In this document: one piece after another, positions 47,650-58,022 of the stretch | Numbering within the stretch: the stretch's first letter is position 1 | How the letters are laid out: every line of letters begins with the position of its first letter | Assembly: GCA_965206845.1 (NCBI GenBank) | Contig: OZ242221.1 | Span: forward strand, 896,001 to 960,000 | DNA from: Cenarchaeum sp. | Lineage (GTDB): Archaea > Thermoproteota > Nitrososphaeria > Nitrososphaerales > Nitrosopumilaceae | Reading direction: 5' to 3' | Length of the DNA: 64,000 bases | Notes under the pieces: generated by a model | What the model saw: the letters and a program-made list of their open reading frames with translations, nothing else | Database searches by the model: none | What the model was told of the DNA's origin: nothing | Translations under genes and position numbers: made by a program

Positions 47650-49095
47650 TCAGCTGTCGGCATACATCGAAACCTCCCACGGTGTGGGGGTCTGGGCAAA
47701 CGCGGTGTATTCGTCGTACTTGAGCTCCATGTACCTGTCCAAGAAGTCCTTGGTAAACGTGGATACCAAAAACCCGTTGTCGCTTGAGAGCGAGTCCAGC
47801 GCCCCCTTGAGCGACAGCGGCAGGGCACCTATGCCGTATTCCCGCCTCTTGCCTGCAGAGAGCTTGTAGACGTTCTCATCCACCGGATCGCCGGGATCCA
47901 GCTTCCGTGTTATCCCGTCCAAGCCCGCCAGCAGAAGCGCCGCCTCCAGCAGGTAGATGTTCGCGGTGGGATCCGGCACCCTGTACTCTATCCTCTTGCT
48001 CCGCTCCTGGTTCCTGTTGTACATGGGAACCCGGATTGCGACGGATCTGTTGCCTATCCCCCAGCACAGGTGCACCGGGGCTTCAAACCCAGGCACCAGC
48101 CTCTTGTAGGAGTTGGTGGTGGGGTTTGAGATCGCACACAGCGCCCTTGCGTGATCCAGAATTCCGCCAATGTAGTAGCGCCCCGTCTGGCTGAGCTGCG
48201 CCACCGGATCATCGGGGTCAAACATGACGTTGATGTTGTCGTTCCAGAGGCTCTGGTGCGTGTGCATGGCAGAGGCGTTGTCCCCGAAGATCGGTTTTGG
48301 CATGAACGTTGCGACCGTATTTCTTCGCTTTGCCTTTACCTTGACGACGTTCTTTACCGTGATTATGCTGTCTGCCATGGCCTTCATCTCACCGTATGCC
48401 AGATTGATCTCGCACTGGCCCGATGTCGCAACCTCGTGGTGCTCCGCCTCGATCCTGATCCCGAAGTACTTGTAGAGATCGTCACAGACGTCCTTCCGGA
48501 ACGTCTCCAGTGTGTCCTTTGGCTGCGACGGGTAGTATCCCTCCTTGATGGCTATGGCGGTGCTTATGTTTCCCTTGGCCCAGGGCGACTCCTTTGACTC
48601 GATCGAGTAACCCGAGCCGCCGTAGGAGTGGGTGGCGGCAAAGGGCGACGGGTACACGTTGATCGCATCAAACACAAAGAACTCGAGCTCCGGCCCCCAA
48701 TTGGTGTGTGTTATTCCCTTCTGGGAGAACGCCTCGGCCGCCTTGTGGGCTATGCCCCGGGAGTCCCTGTTGTAGCGCGACGTCGACGATGTGTTGCTCT
48801 CGTACAGATCACAGATCATGCGCGCGTTCTTTCTCTGGCCGTTGTCGTAATCCGGAGGCAGGATCTGAAAAGTGCCCGGATCCGGCTTTAGTATCATGTC
48901 TGAGTGGTTGATCTGCTTGAACCCCACTATGGAGCTGGCATCCAGCTTCTCAAGGCCGTGCCGGAAGCTCTCCTCGTCTATTGCATACGACGGCATCCCT
49001 ACGCGGTGCAGCTCGCCGAAGATGTCCACAAACCAAAAGTCAAAAAACGTGATGTTCTGTTTCTCGGCAGCATCCAAAACACCCTTGGCGTCCAC
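47650..49095 (-). CDS. glnA: Glutamine synthetase type I, paralog 2 (divergent active-site loop)
   Basis: LDASSI, GPELEF, HHEVATSGQCEI, DNASAMHTHQSLW, PGFEAP, RIEYRVPD. Confidence 0.93.
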   Translation of the reverse strand: MDAKGVLDAAEKQNITFFDFWFVDIFGELHRVGMPSYAIDEESFRHGLEKLDASSIVGFKQINHSDMILKPDPGTFQILPPDYDNGQRKNARMICDLYESNTSSTSRYNRDSRGIAHKAAEAFSQKGITHTNWGPELEFFVFDAINVYPSPFAATHSYGGSGYSIESKESPWAKGNISTAIAIKEGYYPSQPKDTLETFRKDVCDDLYKYFGIRIEAEHHEVATSGQCEINLAYGEMKAMADSIITVKNVVKVKAKRRNTVATFMPKPIFGDNASAMHTHQSLWNDNINVMFDPDDPVAQLSQTGRYYIGGILDHARALCAISNPTTNSYKRLVPGFEAPVHLCWGIGNRSVAIRVPMYNRNQERSKRIEYRVPDPTANIYLLEAALLLAGLDGITRKLDPGDPVDENVYKLSAGKRREYGIGALPLSLKGALDSLSSDNGFLVSTFTKDFLDRYMELKYDEYTAFAQTPTPWEVSMYADS

Positions 49096-49205
49096 TAGTG
49101 CAACACCCCCGTACGGCAGCTACCGGATCCCGCGTTCACGTGGTTGAATTGCCGCATCATACCCTGCACACGAATGATTCCTACCCGTCCCAAACCACTA
49201 CGGAG

Positions 49206-50567
49206 CTAGCTCTTCTCCAAGGTTCTTGCACCCGAGTATCTTGTCTTCAGCTCGTCCTCAAAGAAGAACTTGTCCTCAAACGCTGGCTTGAGGTCGTCCA
49301 GCCAGATCGCGCCCTCGTCATACTCTGCATAAAACGGCCTTTGTACCCAGTCCGGGTTACGTCCCTGCAGGAACCGCAGGGCTATCACGCGCTTGCCTGC
49401 GACCACCGGCGTGCCCTCCACCTGTACCTTTCCCGGGGTGGCAGACATGCTGGGGCCTCTGACCGTCCTTCCCAACCCGCTTACCTGCTTGTATGCGTCC
49501 CTGAAGATCTGGTGTGCCCTTGTCAGCGATATGCCAAAGTAGTGCTGGGCGCCGGTGTCCCTTACCACAAACATGTAGTAGGGTATGCATCCCAGCTGAA
49601 CCTGGTCCCTCCACATCTTTGCCCAGACGCCGGCATCGTCATTGATGTGGGACAGCAGGGGCGACTGGGTTCTGATCTCGGTTCCGGTCGCCCGGACCAC
49701 CCTTATTGCGTCCTTGACGGCGGGAGTGGACAGCTCGACGTGGTGGTTAAAGTGTGCCATGAGCGCCAGGTGTAGCCCCCTGCCGGTGACCCTCTCAAAG
49801 AGCCCCAGCGTCTCCTTTGCGTCATTGTCTGTAATGAACTTGTAGGGCCAGTATGCCAGAGCCTTTGTCCCTATTCTGATCGTCTTGAGGTTTGGAAGGT
49901 TGGCGTCAAGCAGCGCGTCTATGTATGTCTCAAAGATGCGGGCCTTCATTATCATGGGGTCGCCCCCGGTAAACAGGACATCGGAGATCTCTGGATGCTC
50001 TGAGATGTACTGAACCATCTGGTCTGATTCCCTCATGGCAAATTTCATCTCATCCATTCCCACAAACTGCGGCCACCTAAAGCAGAAGCTGCAGTATGCG
50101 TGGCATGTCTGGCTCTGGCTGGGAAAGAACAGGCAGGTCTCCTTGTACTTGTGCTGCATTCCATAAAGCTGGGTGCCGTCCTTTAGGACCGGCACGTTGA
50201 GCTCCAGCTGACCTGCGGGGTGGGGATTTAGCTGCAGGCGTATCTCGTTTGCAACGGCCGCCACGGTCTTCTTGTCCGCCCCGTCCCTGAGCGTCTGGGC
50301 CATCCTTTCAAAGTGGCGCTCCTTGAGCATGTTTCTCTGCGGAAACGTCAGGACAAATATCGGGTCATTGGGTACGTCGTTCCAGTCTATCAGCTGCTCT
50401 ACCACGTAGTTGTTTGCCTTGAAGGGAAGGACGTTTCCGACCACCTCCATCTCAAAGCGCTGCTCCTCTGTGAGCTTTTGGATCTGGGGCAGGCCGCGGA
50501 AGTTGCCTAGGGTGTACGATTTTATCGAGGGGGGCTTGCCGGTGTCCCATACCGTTTCCTGTAACAT
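49206..50567 (-). CDS. kamA: KamA family radical SAM/PLP 2,3-aminomutase (substrate uncertain)
   Basis: QHKY.ET, CHAYCSFCFR, VLFTGGDP, IRIGTK, HFNH, QSPLL, PYYMF, SATPGK. Confidence 0.88.
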   Translation of the reverse strand: MLQETVWDTGKPPSIKSYTLGNFRGLPQIQKLTEEQRFEMEVVGNVLPFKANNYVVEQLIDWNDVPNDPIFVLTFPQRNMLKERHFERMAQTLRDGADKKTVAAVANEIRLQLNPHPAGQLELNVPVLKDGTQLYGMQHKYKETCLFFPSQSQTCHAYCSFCFRWPQFVGMDEMKFAMRESDQMVQYISEHPEISDVLFTGGDPMIMKARIFETYIDALLDANLPNLKTIRIGTKALAYWPYKFITDNDAKETLGLFERVTGRGLHLALMAHFNHHVELSTPAVKDAIRVVRATGTEIRTQSPLLSHINDDAGVWAKMWRDQVQLGCIPYYMFVVRDTGAQHYFGISLTRAHQIFRDAYKQVSGLGRTVRGPSMSATPGKVQVEGTPVVAGKRVIALRFLQGRNPDWVQRPFYAEYDEGAIWLDDLKPAFEDKFFFEDELKTRYSGARTLEKS

Positions 50568-50955
50568 GTCATTATGTTGTAAAGTATCAGTTGTTAAATG
50601 TTAAGATCGGCGGGCGGCGGAGAACTGGGCCTGTCTGGACGCTTCTGTCCGTTTCGTGAAGATCTGGATGTAAATAATGACAGATGCGACAATGTGGTAT
50701 CTTGGTGCGCATGCGGCCTGGCCGTACACTGCAGACGGTGCCAGACTGCTGGCCGCGCCAGACATGGGAACCATGGCAGGCGCGCATGCCCGTGCCCAAA
50801 TGGAAGCTTTTGGCTGCACGCGCCGCGCATATGGGACATTGCCCGTCTTCTGCGCGGGCGTGGCATGCGAAGGATATTGCAGGACGCGCAAGGCTCTGCG
50901 GAGTTGTAGCCACACAGTTGATATTTTAGTGTGGCGGCACACAGGTGATAACATC

Positions 50956-52701
50956 ATGGCTGAAGACGACGTAATTGGAACCGTGGCGCAGCAGGCAAGC
51001 GAGTTTGCCGGCCTCTGGCAGCTGGTTACCGCCTCTGAGTCGCTTCAGGTGGCTCTTGGCGCACTGATATTGGGGCTGTTGGGAATCGCCGTGGCGTACA
51101 GAAAGTTTTCGAAGCGGCTCAAATCGCGCAAGATCAGCTATGCCCGCCCGCACCTCTCCAAGTTCATCATGGTTCTGGTGATGCCCCTCTTTGCAATCGC
51201 CCTGTTCTCATCCATCAACGCCTACATTCAGTTCTTTGAGCTCTTCAGCACTGCGGCGCTCGGGACAGGGGCGGACGCGGCGGCCACAGAAACCTTTGCA
51301 AGGATACTCAACAGCGTGAACGTGCTGGTAGTAGGGTATACCGTGGCCCAGCTGATTCCCATCATACTCAACAAGAGAACAAAGTCGATACTAGAGCAGG
51401 AGGACTTTGCCAGCTGGCGGGGTCTGCGGGGGTTCAGGGACGACGACGGGGATCTCTTTCACCGGCTGTTCAGGTGGAACCCCCCGGCGCACGCCCCATC
51501 AGAGATCGCCGCAGAGGAGTTTGCCGAAAAACTGAAGACCGAGGAGGGAAGAAGATCCCTAGAAGCGTTTCACACCTCAAAAGGGCTCCAGATCGGAAGC
51601 TACACAAAACTTACAGACGATCCCTTTGAGGAATGGAAGAAGTCAGAGAGGGTCAAGTACAACAGGTATCTTGAGGACTGCCTCTCGGACAACAACGAGT
51701 CAGGCCGCAAGCTGAAGATGGGCCAGGATCCGGAAGAGATCTATCCGATAGACACCTGGCGCGAGGAGAAGCGCATTGGCGGTTTTGGGCCGATCGTGGC
51801 GGCCTACAGGCCACCAGGCTATGCGTTCAAGATACGCAAGGATCTGCCCAAGTCGATCGGCCAGATACTTCCCATAGCGATCTTTGCGGCGGTCATTCTT
51901 GGCGTGGTGAGCTCGTGGGGGGTGGATCTGTTCGTGCTGGCCACGGCCACCGGAGGCTTTGCCATTGGGCTGGGCTTGGCGCTACAGGAGACCATGCAGA
52001 ACTGGTTTGCGTACATCATGATCAGAAAGGACAAGATCGTCGGCGAGGGTGACCGGATTCAGCTAGAGAGCGGGTATAACGGCTACGTCCACAAGATCAC
52101 CGCCAGGGTCACGTACATACGCCACGGCCTCAACGAGTCCTTTGCCATAATTCCCACACGGCAGCTGGTCAGCGCCCAGATCATCAACTACACCAAGGAG
52201 TTGAGAATGGTGCCGGCAGTTGTGGACGTCGGGGTATCGTACCTGAACAACCCCCGGGGGGTTGCGGCGATACTGGTCAAAGTCGGCAGGCGGGCCATGA
52301 AGGAGGCAATCGACTACAAGGGGAGGCACCTCGTAGTGCAGAGAAGGTGTCCGTACCTGGATGAGAACAAGCCCAGCTGCGGCTGTGACAAGGGCATAGT
52401 GGTGGATATCGACCACCCGGTGGTGAGATTCAACGCGTTCAACGACTCGTCACTGGACTTTTCGGTGTGGGTGTTCGTCCGCGACTTTGGCTCCCAGTTC
52501 AAGGTCAAGACTGACCTGCGCATGATAATGTACGAGGAGTTCAAAAAGTACGACATCAGGATACCCTGGCCCATCAGGACCATATACCAGGGCGACGAGA
52601 ATCGTGAGGCCGAGGAGATCGCCCGCCTCAAGGACGAGCGCACGCAGGTAAGGGATGAGTATGGCTACGGAGACATAGGCAAGGGAGGAGACGACGAGTA
52701 G
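50956..52701 (+). CDS. mscS: Small-conductance mechanosensitive channel family protein
   Basis: GLGLALQETMQNWFA, GDRIQL, IINYT, VGVSY, FNDSSLDF, IRIPWP. Confidence 0.88.
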   Translation: MAEDDVIGTVAQQASEFAGLWQLVTASESLQVALGALILGLLGIAVAYRKFSKRLKSRKISYARPHLSKFIMVLVMPLFAIALFSSINAYIQFFELFSTAALGTGADAAATETFARILNSVNVLVVGYTVAQLIPIILNKRTKSILEQEDFASWRGLRGFRDDDGDLFHRLFRWNPPAHAPSEIAAEEFAEKLKTEEGRRSLEAFHTSKGLQIGSYTKLTDDPFEEWKKSERVKYNRYLEDCLSDNNESGRKLKMGQDPEEIYPIDTWREEKRIGGFGPIVAAYRPPGYAFKIRKDLPKSIGQILPIAIFAAVILGVVSSWGVDLFVLATATGGFAIGLGLALQETMQNWFAYIMIRKDKIVGEGDRIQLESGYNGYVHKITARVTYIRHGLNESFAIIPTRQLVSAQIINYTKELRMVPAVVDVGVSYLNNPRGVAAILVKVGRRAMKEAIDYKGRHLVVQRRCPYLDENKPSCGCDKGIVVDIDHPVVRFNAFNDSSLDFSVWVFVRDFGSQFKVKTDLRMIMYEEFKKYDIRIPWPIRTIYQGDENREAEEIARLKDERTQVRDEYGYGDIGKGGDDE

Positions 52702-52766
52702 GTGCGCCTGTGCCGCATCGCCGCCGATTCTCAAAATTTAAGAGTGTCCTCATAACCGTTGTAACA

Positions 52767-53651
52767 TTGGACGGCGTGACAGTTGTTGCCGGAGACGCAT
52801 CGGCCGGCTTGGCAGAAAGCCTGGCGACGGGACTCGGCGCACCGCTCATCAGGGCCGGCCTGAGAACATTTCCCGACGGTGAGGGCAAGATCACCTTTGG
52901 CGCAACGCCGGAGAGCGGAAGGGCGGTGGTGGTACAGTCCCTGTGCCCGCCCGTTGACTCGAATTTGGTCCAGGCGCTGCTCATGATTGCAAAGGCCAGG
53001 GAGTTCTCCTCTGATGTTACGGCCGTAATCCCATACATGGGATACGCCAGGCAGGACAGGGAGTTTCTTCCCGGAGAGGCAGTGGCAATCCAAACCATCG
53101 CAAGGCTCTTCAGGGCAGTCGATGCATCAAGGCTGATCGTGGTGGACATCCACAGCAAGACCGCCTTGGATCACTTCGGGGCCGGTGCCAGAAACGTCAC
53201 TGCCATACCCGAGCTGGCAAGGCACTTTGAGGAGATGAGCCTGAAGGACCCCTTGGTGGTATCACCTGATGCCGGGGGCGCCGCCAGGGCAGAGGGGTTT
53301 GCCGGACTGTGCGGCCATGATTTTATCGCGCTTGAAAAAAAACGGGACAAGAACACCGGCAGCGTCAGCGTATCTGTTCCGGTTCCCGACATAATCCAAG
53401 ATAGGGATGTGATACTGGTGGACGACATGATAAGCACCGGGGGCAGCATAGCCAAGGCGGCAGAACTCCTCCGGGGGCGCGGGTGCCGGAGAATCTTTGC
53501 GGCGTGCACCCATGCGCTGCTGGTGGGCGATGCCCGGCAGCGGATAATGGATGCGGGCGTCTCTGAAATTGTCGGCACCAACACGGTTCCCGGCCCTGCC
53601 GACGTGGTGGACGTATCCGGGGCGATCATAAAAGGGATGGCGCATTGCTAG
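52767..53651 (+). CDS. prs: Ribose-phosphate pyrophosphokinase
   Basis: FPDGE, PYMGYARQD, VSPDAGG, VDDMISTGGS. Confidence 0.95.
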   Translation: MDGVTVVAGDASAGLAESLATGLGAPLIRAGLRTFPDGEGKITFGATPESGRAVVVQSLCPPVDSNLVQALLMIAKAREFSSDVTAVIPYMGYARQDREFLPGEAVAIQTIARLFRAVDASRLIVVDIHSKTALDHFGAGARNVTAIPELARHFEEMSLKDPLVVSPDAGGAARAEGFAGLCGHDFIALEKKRDKNTGSVSVSVPVPDIIQDRDVILVDDMISTGGSIAKAAELLRGRGCRRIFAACTHALLVGDARQRIMDAGVSEIVGTNTVPGPADVVDVSGAIIKGMAHC

Positions 53652-53669
53652 GTTCGGCCTTGTAGAGGT

Positions 53670-54578
53670 GTGACGGAGACGAGACTCATATTCCTGGGAA
53701 CTTCGGCTGCCCTGCCCACTCGGGGGCGCGGACTGTCGTGTGTCTGCCTTGAAAGGGAGGGCGAGGTGCTGATGTTTGACGCCGGCGAGGGGGCGCAGAT
53801 GGCATACCTGCGATCCGGCCTGGGCTGGAACAAGCCCATGAAGATCTTTGTGACGCACCTGCACGGCGACCACTGCATCGGCATACTGGGACTGCTGCAG
53901 ACCATGTCTCTAAAGAAGCGGAGCCGGGGGCTGGAGATATACGGCCCCGCCGGCATAGACGAGTTTCTGGCCGCAAACATCCGTATACTGAACTTTGGGG
54001 TGTCGTTTCCCGTAATCATCAATCCCGTCAGCGACGGCGTTGTGGCAGACGAGACATCCTACGTGGTATCTGCGTGCAGGGCGGCCCACTCTGTCGAGGC
54101 GTACTCGTACGTCTTTGAGGAGCGACAGAGGCCGGGAAGATTTAACCGCGAACGGGCAGAGGAACTCCAGGTGCCCCGGGGGGAGCTGTGGGGACGGCTG
54201 CAGGCCGGGCAGCATGTTACGGTGGACGGCCGTGTTGTAAAGCCCGGGGACGTCCTCGGGCCGTCTCGGCGCGGCAAAAAGATCGGAGTCTCCGGCGATA
54301 CCAGACCCACCGGCCCCCTGCAGGAGTTCTTTCAGGGATGCGACTACCTGGTCTTTGACTCCACCTTTATGGATGATATGGGGGACAAGGCGCTAAAGAC
54401 GTTTCACTCCACGGCCAGAGAGGCGGCCACCCTGGCAAGGGATGCGGGCGTGTCCAACCTGGTTCTGACACACTTCTCGGCAAGGTACGACGACGCGCAG
54501 GCGCTAGTTGATGAGGCGGGTGCGGTCCACGGCTCGGTGGTCGCCGCCGAGGATCTTCTGGAGATCGAGATAGAGTAG
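53670..54578 (+). CDS. rnz: Ribonuclease Z
   Basis: [31 protein letters not shown]. Confidence 0.95.
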   Translation: MTETRLIFLGTSAALPTRGRGLSCVCLEREGEVLMFDAGEGAQMAYLRSGLGWNKPMKIFVTHLHGDHCIGILGLLQTMSLKKRSRGLEIYGPAGIDEFLAANIRILNFGVSFPVIINPVSDGVVADETSYVVSACRAAHSVEAYSYVFEERQRPGRFNRERAEELQVPRGELWGRLQAGQHVTVDGRVVKPGDVLGPSRRGKKIGVSGDTRPTGPLQEFFQGCDYLVFDSTFMDDMGDKALKTFHSTAREAATLARDAGVSNLVLTHFSARYDDAQALVDEAGAVHGSVVAAEDLLEIEIE

Positions 54579-54680
54579 ACTGGCCCGCATCCGGGTGCCC
54601 GAACACGGACATGGGTATCATCTTGCGCACACAAGATTAATTCCCCAAGCTTACATGTGGCAGGGATCCGGAAGGCGCGC

Positions 54681-54986
54681 CTAGCTGTCCGGCGCGGCAT
54701 CGCCGCTGGCATCTCCAGAGAGCGCATCCTGTATGGGGTCAATCAGCCACTCCTGCACCCCAATGTCCTCCACAAACGCCGCCGTATCCTCCTGCAGGAC
54801 GACTGCCCTCTCATCGACCGTATCAAGCGAGGTTACTATCCCGTCTTCCATCTGGCTCGCAACGTCTGCGATCTCCTGCCTGTCATCAATATCCTCCACG
54901 CTGATACCCGCTATCACGTCTGTGAGCGGAAAGAAGACGAACGCGCCTACAACCAACACCACACCTATAATTATCCAACGGAGCAT
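54681..54986 (-). CDS. Acidic membrane-anchored hypothetical protein
   Basis: N-terminal TM, D/E-rich. Confidence 0.6.
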   Translation of the reverse strand: MLRWIIIGVVLVVGAFVFFPLTDVIAGISVEDIDDRQEIADVASQMEDGIVTSLDTVDERAVVLQEDTAAFVEDIGVQEWLIDPIQDALSGDASGDAAPDS

Positions 54987-55139
54987 CTTTTCATCCCCAA
55001 TTCGGCAACTTTCTTTTTTACTCTAGAGCTAAAATTTTTGGTCAAACTTGCTTGATTTTTGTTGAGCTGGTTCCACTTGGGGATGTGGCGGCCCTTTGCG
55101 CATACGCCACCGGTCTTTCGGGCCTGCCAAGTCCGGAGG

Positions 55140-55547
55140 CTACGGCGCGGCCGGGTCAGAGGCCAGCCACCGGATTACCTCTTCAATGTCAGGCGACTGT
55201 ATCGTGACCTTGATCGGGCCCAGCGGAGACTCGTCGACGCCAGAACAGAGCGCTATCGTGCCGGCACAGGCCGCCTGCTTGTTGAGATAGAGCCAGGTCG
55301 AGTCGCCGTGCAGGTTTGATTCAAGGTGCCTCCTGTACAGCTTGTGGCTTCGCCGGGAGTTTGTGGCATCCCGTATCTTCTGCAGGATCTCGAGCCCGTC
55401 GGATCTGAATCCGGCGCCGTCCGGGCCAGCCGTGACCGTGACACCCTCAAAGATCTGCGATACCGCGCGCACCACCTTCTGCGGATCCTCTGACGGGTAC
55501 ACCGGGCAGTGGCAGGACACCACACAGCTACACTCTGGCATCCTCAT
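55140..55547 (-). CDS. UPF0201-like RNA-binding protein
   Basis: VYPSED..KV, LNKQAA..G, ESPLGPI. Confidence 0.82.
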   Translation of the reverse strand: MRMPECSCVVSCHCPVYPSEDPQKVVRAVSQIFEGVTVTAGPDGAGFRSDGLEILQKIRDATNSRRSHKLYRRHLESNLHGDSTWLYLNKQAACAGTIALCSGVDESPLGPIKVTIQSPDIEEVIRWLASDPAAP

Positions 55548-56097
55548 CCCGTCTCACCCAGCGTAAAATTATGCCGTGAACCATCTCGACCAGCCCGTCG
55601 ACGCTCATGTTGTTGTTTGAGACGGTCTCGTCTGCCAGCGCAATGGAAGTGCTGATGCCTACCCCCAGCTCCCTGTCGTCCCTATTCTGAAAGCCCGCAC
55701 GAGTCTTGGGATCGTCTGCTCTTCTGCGCCTGGTAAGAAAGCCAAAGCGGGTGTCTGTGGACGCGTGAACCGAGAGAATCCTGACGTTGCCAAGCCTCCG
55801 GAGCACCTCGATCTCGGCGTTGGATCGAATTCCATCCACTATGACTGTATCTGTTCCGGCCTTCCGGATCTGGGGCGCTATCAGCATGGCCACCGCTCCA
55901 GGCCCGTCCCTCTCCCGGAGCTCTAGCATGAGCGATCCCAGATTCTCTCCCGTCGGCTCCAGGTTCCGCCTTCTGGCCTCTGCCCTTACGGCGTTGCCCA
56001 TGTTTGCCACCTCATAACCGCGGGCCTGCAGCCCGTCTGCAATCGTAGACTTGCCCGCCCCAGGCATCCCGGTAAGGCAGACGATCAGTTTTGGCAA
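55528..56097 (-). CDS. UPF0200-like P-loop kinase
   Basis: TGMPGAGKS, VDGIRS..E, RDDREL..G. Confidence 0.85.
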   Translation of the reverse strand: MPKLIVCLTGMPGAGKSTIADGLQARGYEVANMGNAVRAEARRRNLEPTGENLGSLMLELRERDGPGAVAMLIAPQIRKAGTDTVIVDGIRSNAEIEVLRRLGNVRILSVHASTDTRFGFLTRRRRADDPKTRAGFQNRDDRELGVGISTSIALADETVSNNNMSVDGLVEMVHGIILRWVRRDEDARV

Positions 56098-56151
56098 GTT
56101 GACTAGTGCGCTAACCGTAAATCATTATAAACATATACCCTTAGGCATTTC

Positions 56152-56685
56152 ATGCGCGCCTTTGTAGCGGTGGAGGTGTCCGATCCGGACATCCGGGACG
56201 CCATCGCTGAGTTCCAGGACGGGTTTCCTGTCCGAGCCAGGGCCATCGGGCCCGACAGCCTGCACTTTACGCTGATATTCTTGGGGGAGATCTCAGAGTC
56301 GCAGAACCGGCAGGTGCAGGACTCGCTGGGCACGATAGCCTTCGAGCCCTTTGAGATCAAGCTTGCTGGCGTGGGCGCGTTCCCAAACACACGATCCCCC
56401 AGAATCATCTGGATCGGCACCGACCCCATAGGGGGCCGCAGACTGACATCCCTTGCGGGAGCAGTCTGCGACAGGCTGCTGCCCCTGAACTTTCGCAATG
56501 ACAGGCCGTTTGTGCCGCATGTTACCGTCTTCAGGGTCAGGAACCGGGTCGACGTCTCGGAGGATCTGGCCGGGTACGGCGATGCCGGGTTTGGGGCCTG
56601 CATAATAAGCGAGATAAAGCTCAAGCAGAGCGTGCTGACCCCCCAAGGCCCCCGATACTCGGATCTGCAGGTGATAAGTGCATGA
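56152..56685 (+). CDS. thpR: RNA 2',3'-cyclic phosphodiesterase
   Basis: Two HxT motifs (LHFTL, PHVTV). Confidence 0.92.
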   Translation: MRAFVAVEVSDPDIRDAIAEFQDGFPVRARAIGPDSLHFTLIFLGEISESQNRQVQDSLGTIAFEPFEIKLAGVGAFPNTRSPRIIWIGTDPIGGRRLTSLAGAVCDRLLPLNFRNDRPFVPHVTVFRVRNRVDVSEDLAGYGDAGFGACIISEIKLKQSVLTPQGPRYSDLQVISA

Positions 56686-58022
56686 GTGTCGAGTCGATCA
56701 TAGCGCGGGCCCGCAGGATCGTCGAGCCGTCTGCCGCCAGCCAAGACGAGAAGGAAAAGATCGCCGGGCTGGCCCTTGATCTGATAAACAGAGAGACCGC
56801 GAGGTACCCGGAGATACAGGAGGTTGCGCTAGGGGGCTCGCTCTCAAAGGGCACATGGCTGTCTGAGATGGCAGATGTAGACATACTTGTCAAGTTCGAC
56901 AGGTCCACTCCCAGAGACAGGTTCACAGATGCCGCGCACGATGTGGGTTTTGCGGCCTTGGACGAGTTCGGACCGTACGTGAGATACTCCGAGCACCCCT
57001 TCGTCGAGGCCGTCATACGGGGCACGAAGATAAACGTCGTCCCGTGCTTTGACGTGCAGGAGGGCCAGTGGCAGAGCGCCGCAGACAGGACCCCGTTCCA
57101 CACCAGGTTCATGCAGGATCGACTCTCAGAGCCCATGAAGTGCGAGATCAGGCTGCTGAAGCAGTTCCTCAGGTGCAACGGACTGTACGGCTCTGAAATC
57201 TCCAAGCAGGGCTTCAGCGGCTACGTGACCGAGGTGCTGGTGCTGCACTTTGGCAGCTTTGAGGGCGTCATAAGGGGGTTTGCCGGTGCCTGCCCCGGCT
57301 GGACAGTCGGGAAGACGCCCAAAAAATTTGACACACCCGTTGTGATCATCGACCCTGTTGATCCACAGAGAAACCTGGCGGCCGCCATATCCAACGGGAA
57401 CATGGGCAGGTTCGTCCTGCTGTGCAGGGCATTCTTGAGGGGCCCCTCGGCATCCTTCTTTGAGGCGACCAAAAGGAGGACGGATGTGGAGATACTCAAG
57501 AACTGCATCACGATCAGGTTCCGGTACAGGGCACGGAGCCCGGACATGATCTGGGGCCAGATCAAGAGGGCATCAAACGCGGTTGCCGTCCAGCTTGACC
57601 AGGGCGGATTCAACGTGATCAGAAGCGGCGCGCTGACTGACGAGCAGGGTCTGGGGGTTCTCTTCTTCCTCCTCGAGTCGTTGCAGCTCCCGGGGTACCG
57701 CGTAAGGGAGGGCCCGGAGTTCTTCTGCGACTCGGATGTGGGCAGGTTCGTCTCGAAGAATGCGGCGCGCTCCAAGCTGATGTGGCTTGCCGAGAACAGG
57801 CGGGTCTGCTCGCTTGAGCGTCGCGCGGGGGGCAACGCAAAAAACTTCCTGAGGCGACTGCTTACCGGCGGCCTTGGAAAGTCCGGCGTGCCTGAGGGCC
57901 TCCAGAGGGACGTCGCGGACGGGTTTGAGATATCTGTCGGCGGGATCCGGCTGCCAAAACCAATTAAAGCGTCACTGATGGAGTCCCTGTCAACTGATGC
58001 TGCGATATTTTGTTCCCGTTGA
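56682..58022 (+). CDS. cca: CCA-adding enzyme, class I
   Basis: GGSLSKGTWL..ADVDI, SEHPF, SAADRTPFH, GFSGY. Confidence 0.95.
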   Translation: MSVESIIARARRIVEPSAASQDEKEKIAGLALDLINRETARYPEIQEVALGGSLSKGTWLSEMADVDILVKFDRSTPRDRFTDAAHDVGFAALDEFGPYVRYSEHPFVEAVIRGTKINVVPCFDVQEGQWQSAADRTPFHTRFMQDRLSEPMKCEIRLLKQFLRCNGLYGSEISKQGFSGYVTEVLVLHFGSFEGVIRGFAGACPGWTVGKTPKKFDTPVVIIDPVDPQRNLAAAISNGNMGRFVLLCRAFLRGPSASFFEATKRRTDVEILKNCITIRFRYRARSPDMIWGQIKRASNAVAVQLDQGGFNVIRSGALTDEQGLGVLFFLLESLQLPGYRVREGPEFFCDSDVGRFVSKNAARSKLMWLAENRRVCSLERRAGGNAKNFLRRLLTGGLGKSGVPEGLQRDVADGFEISVGGIRLPKPIKASLMESLSTDAAIFCSR

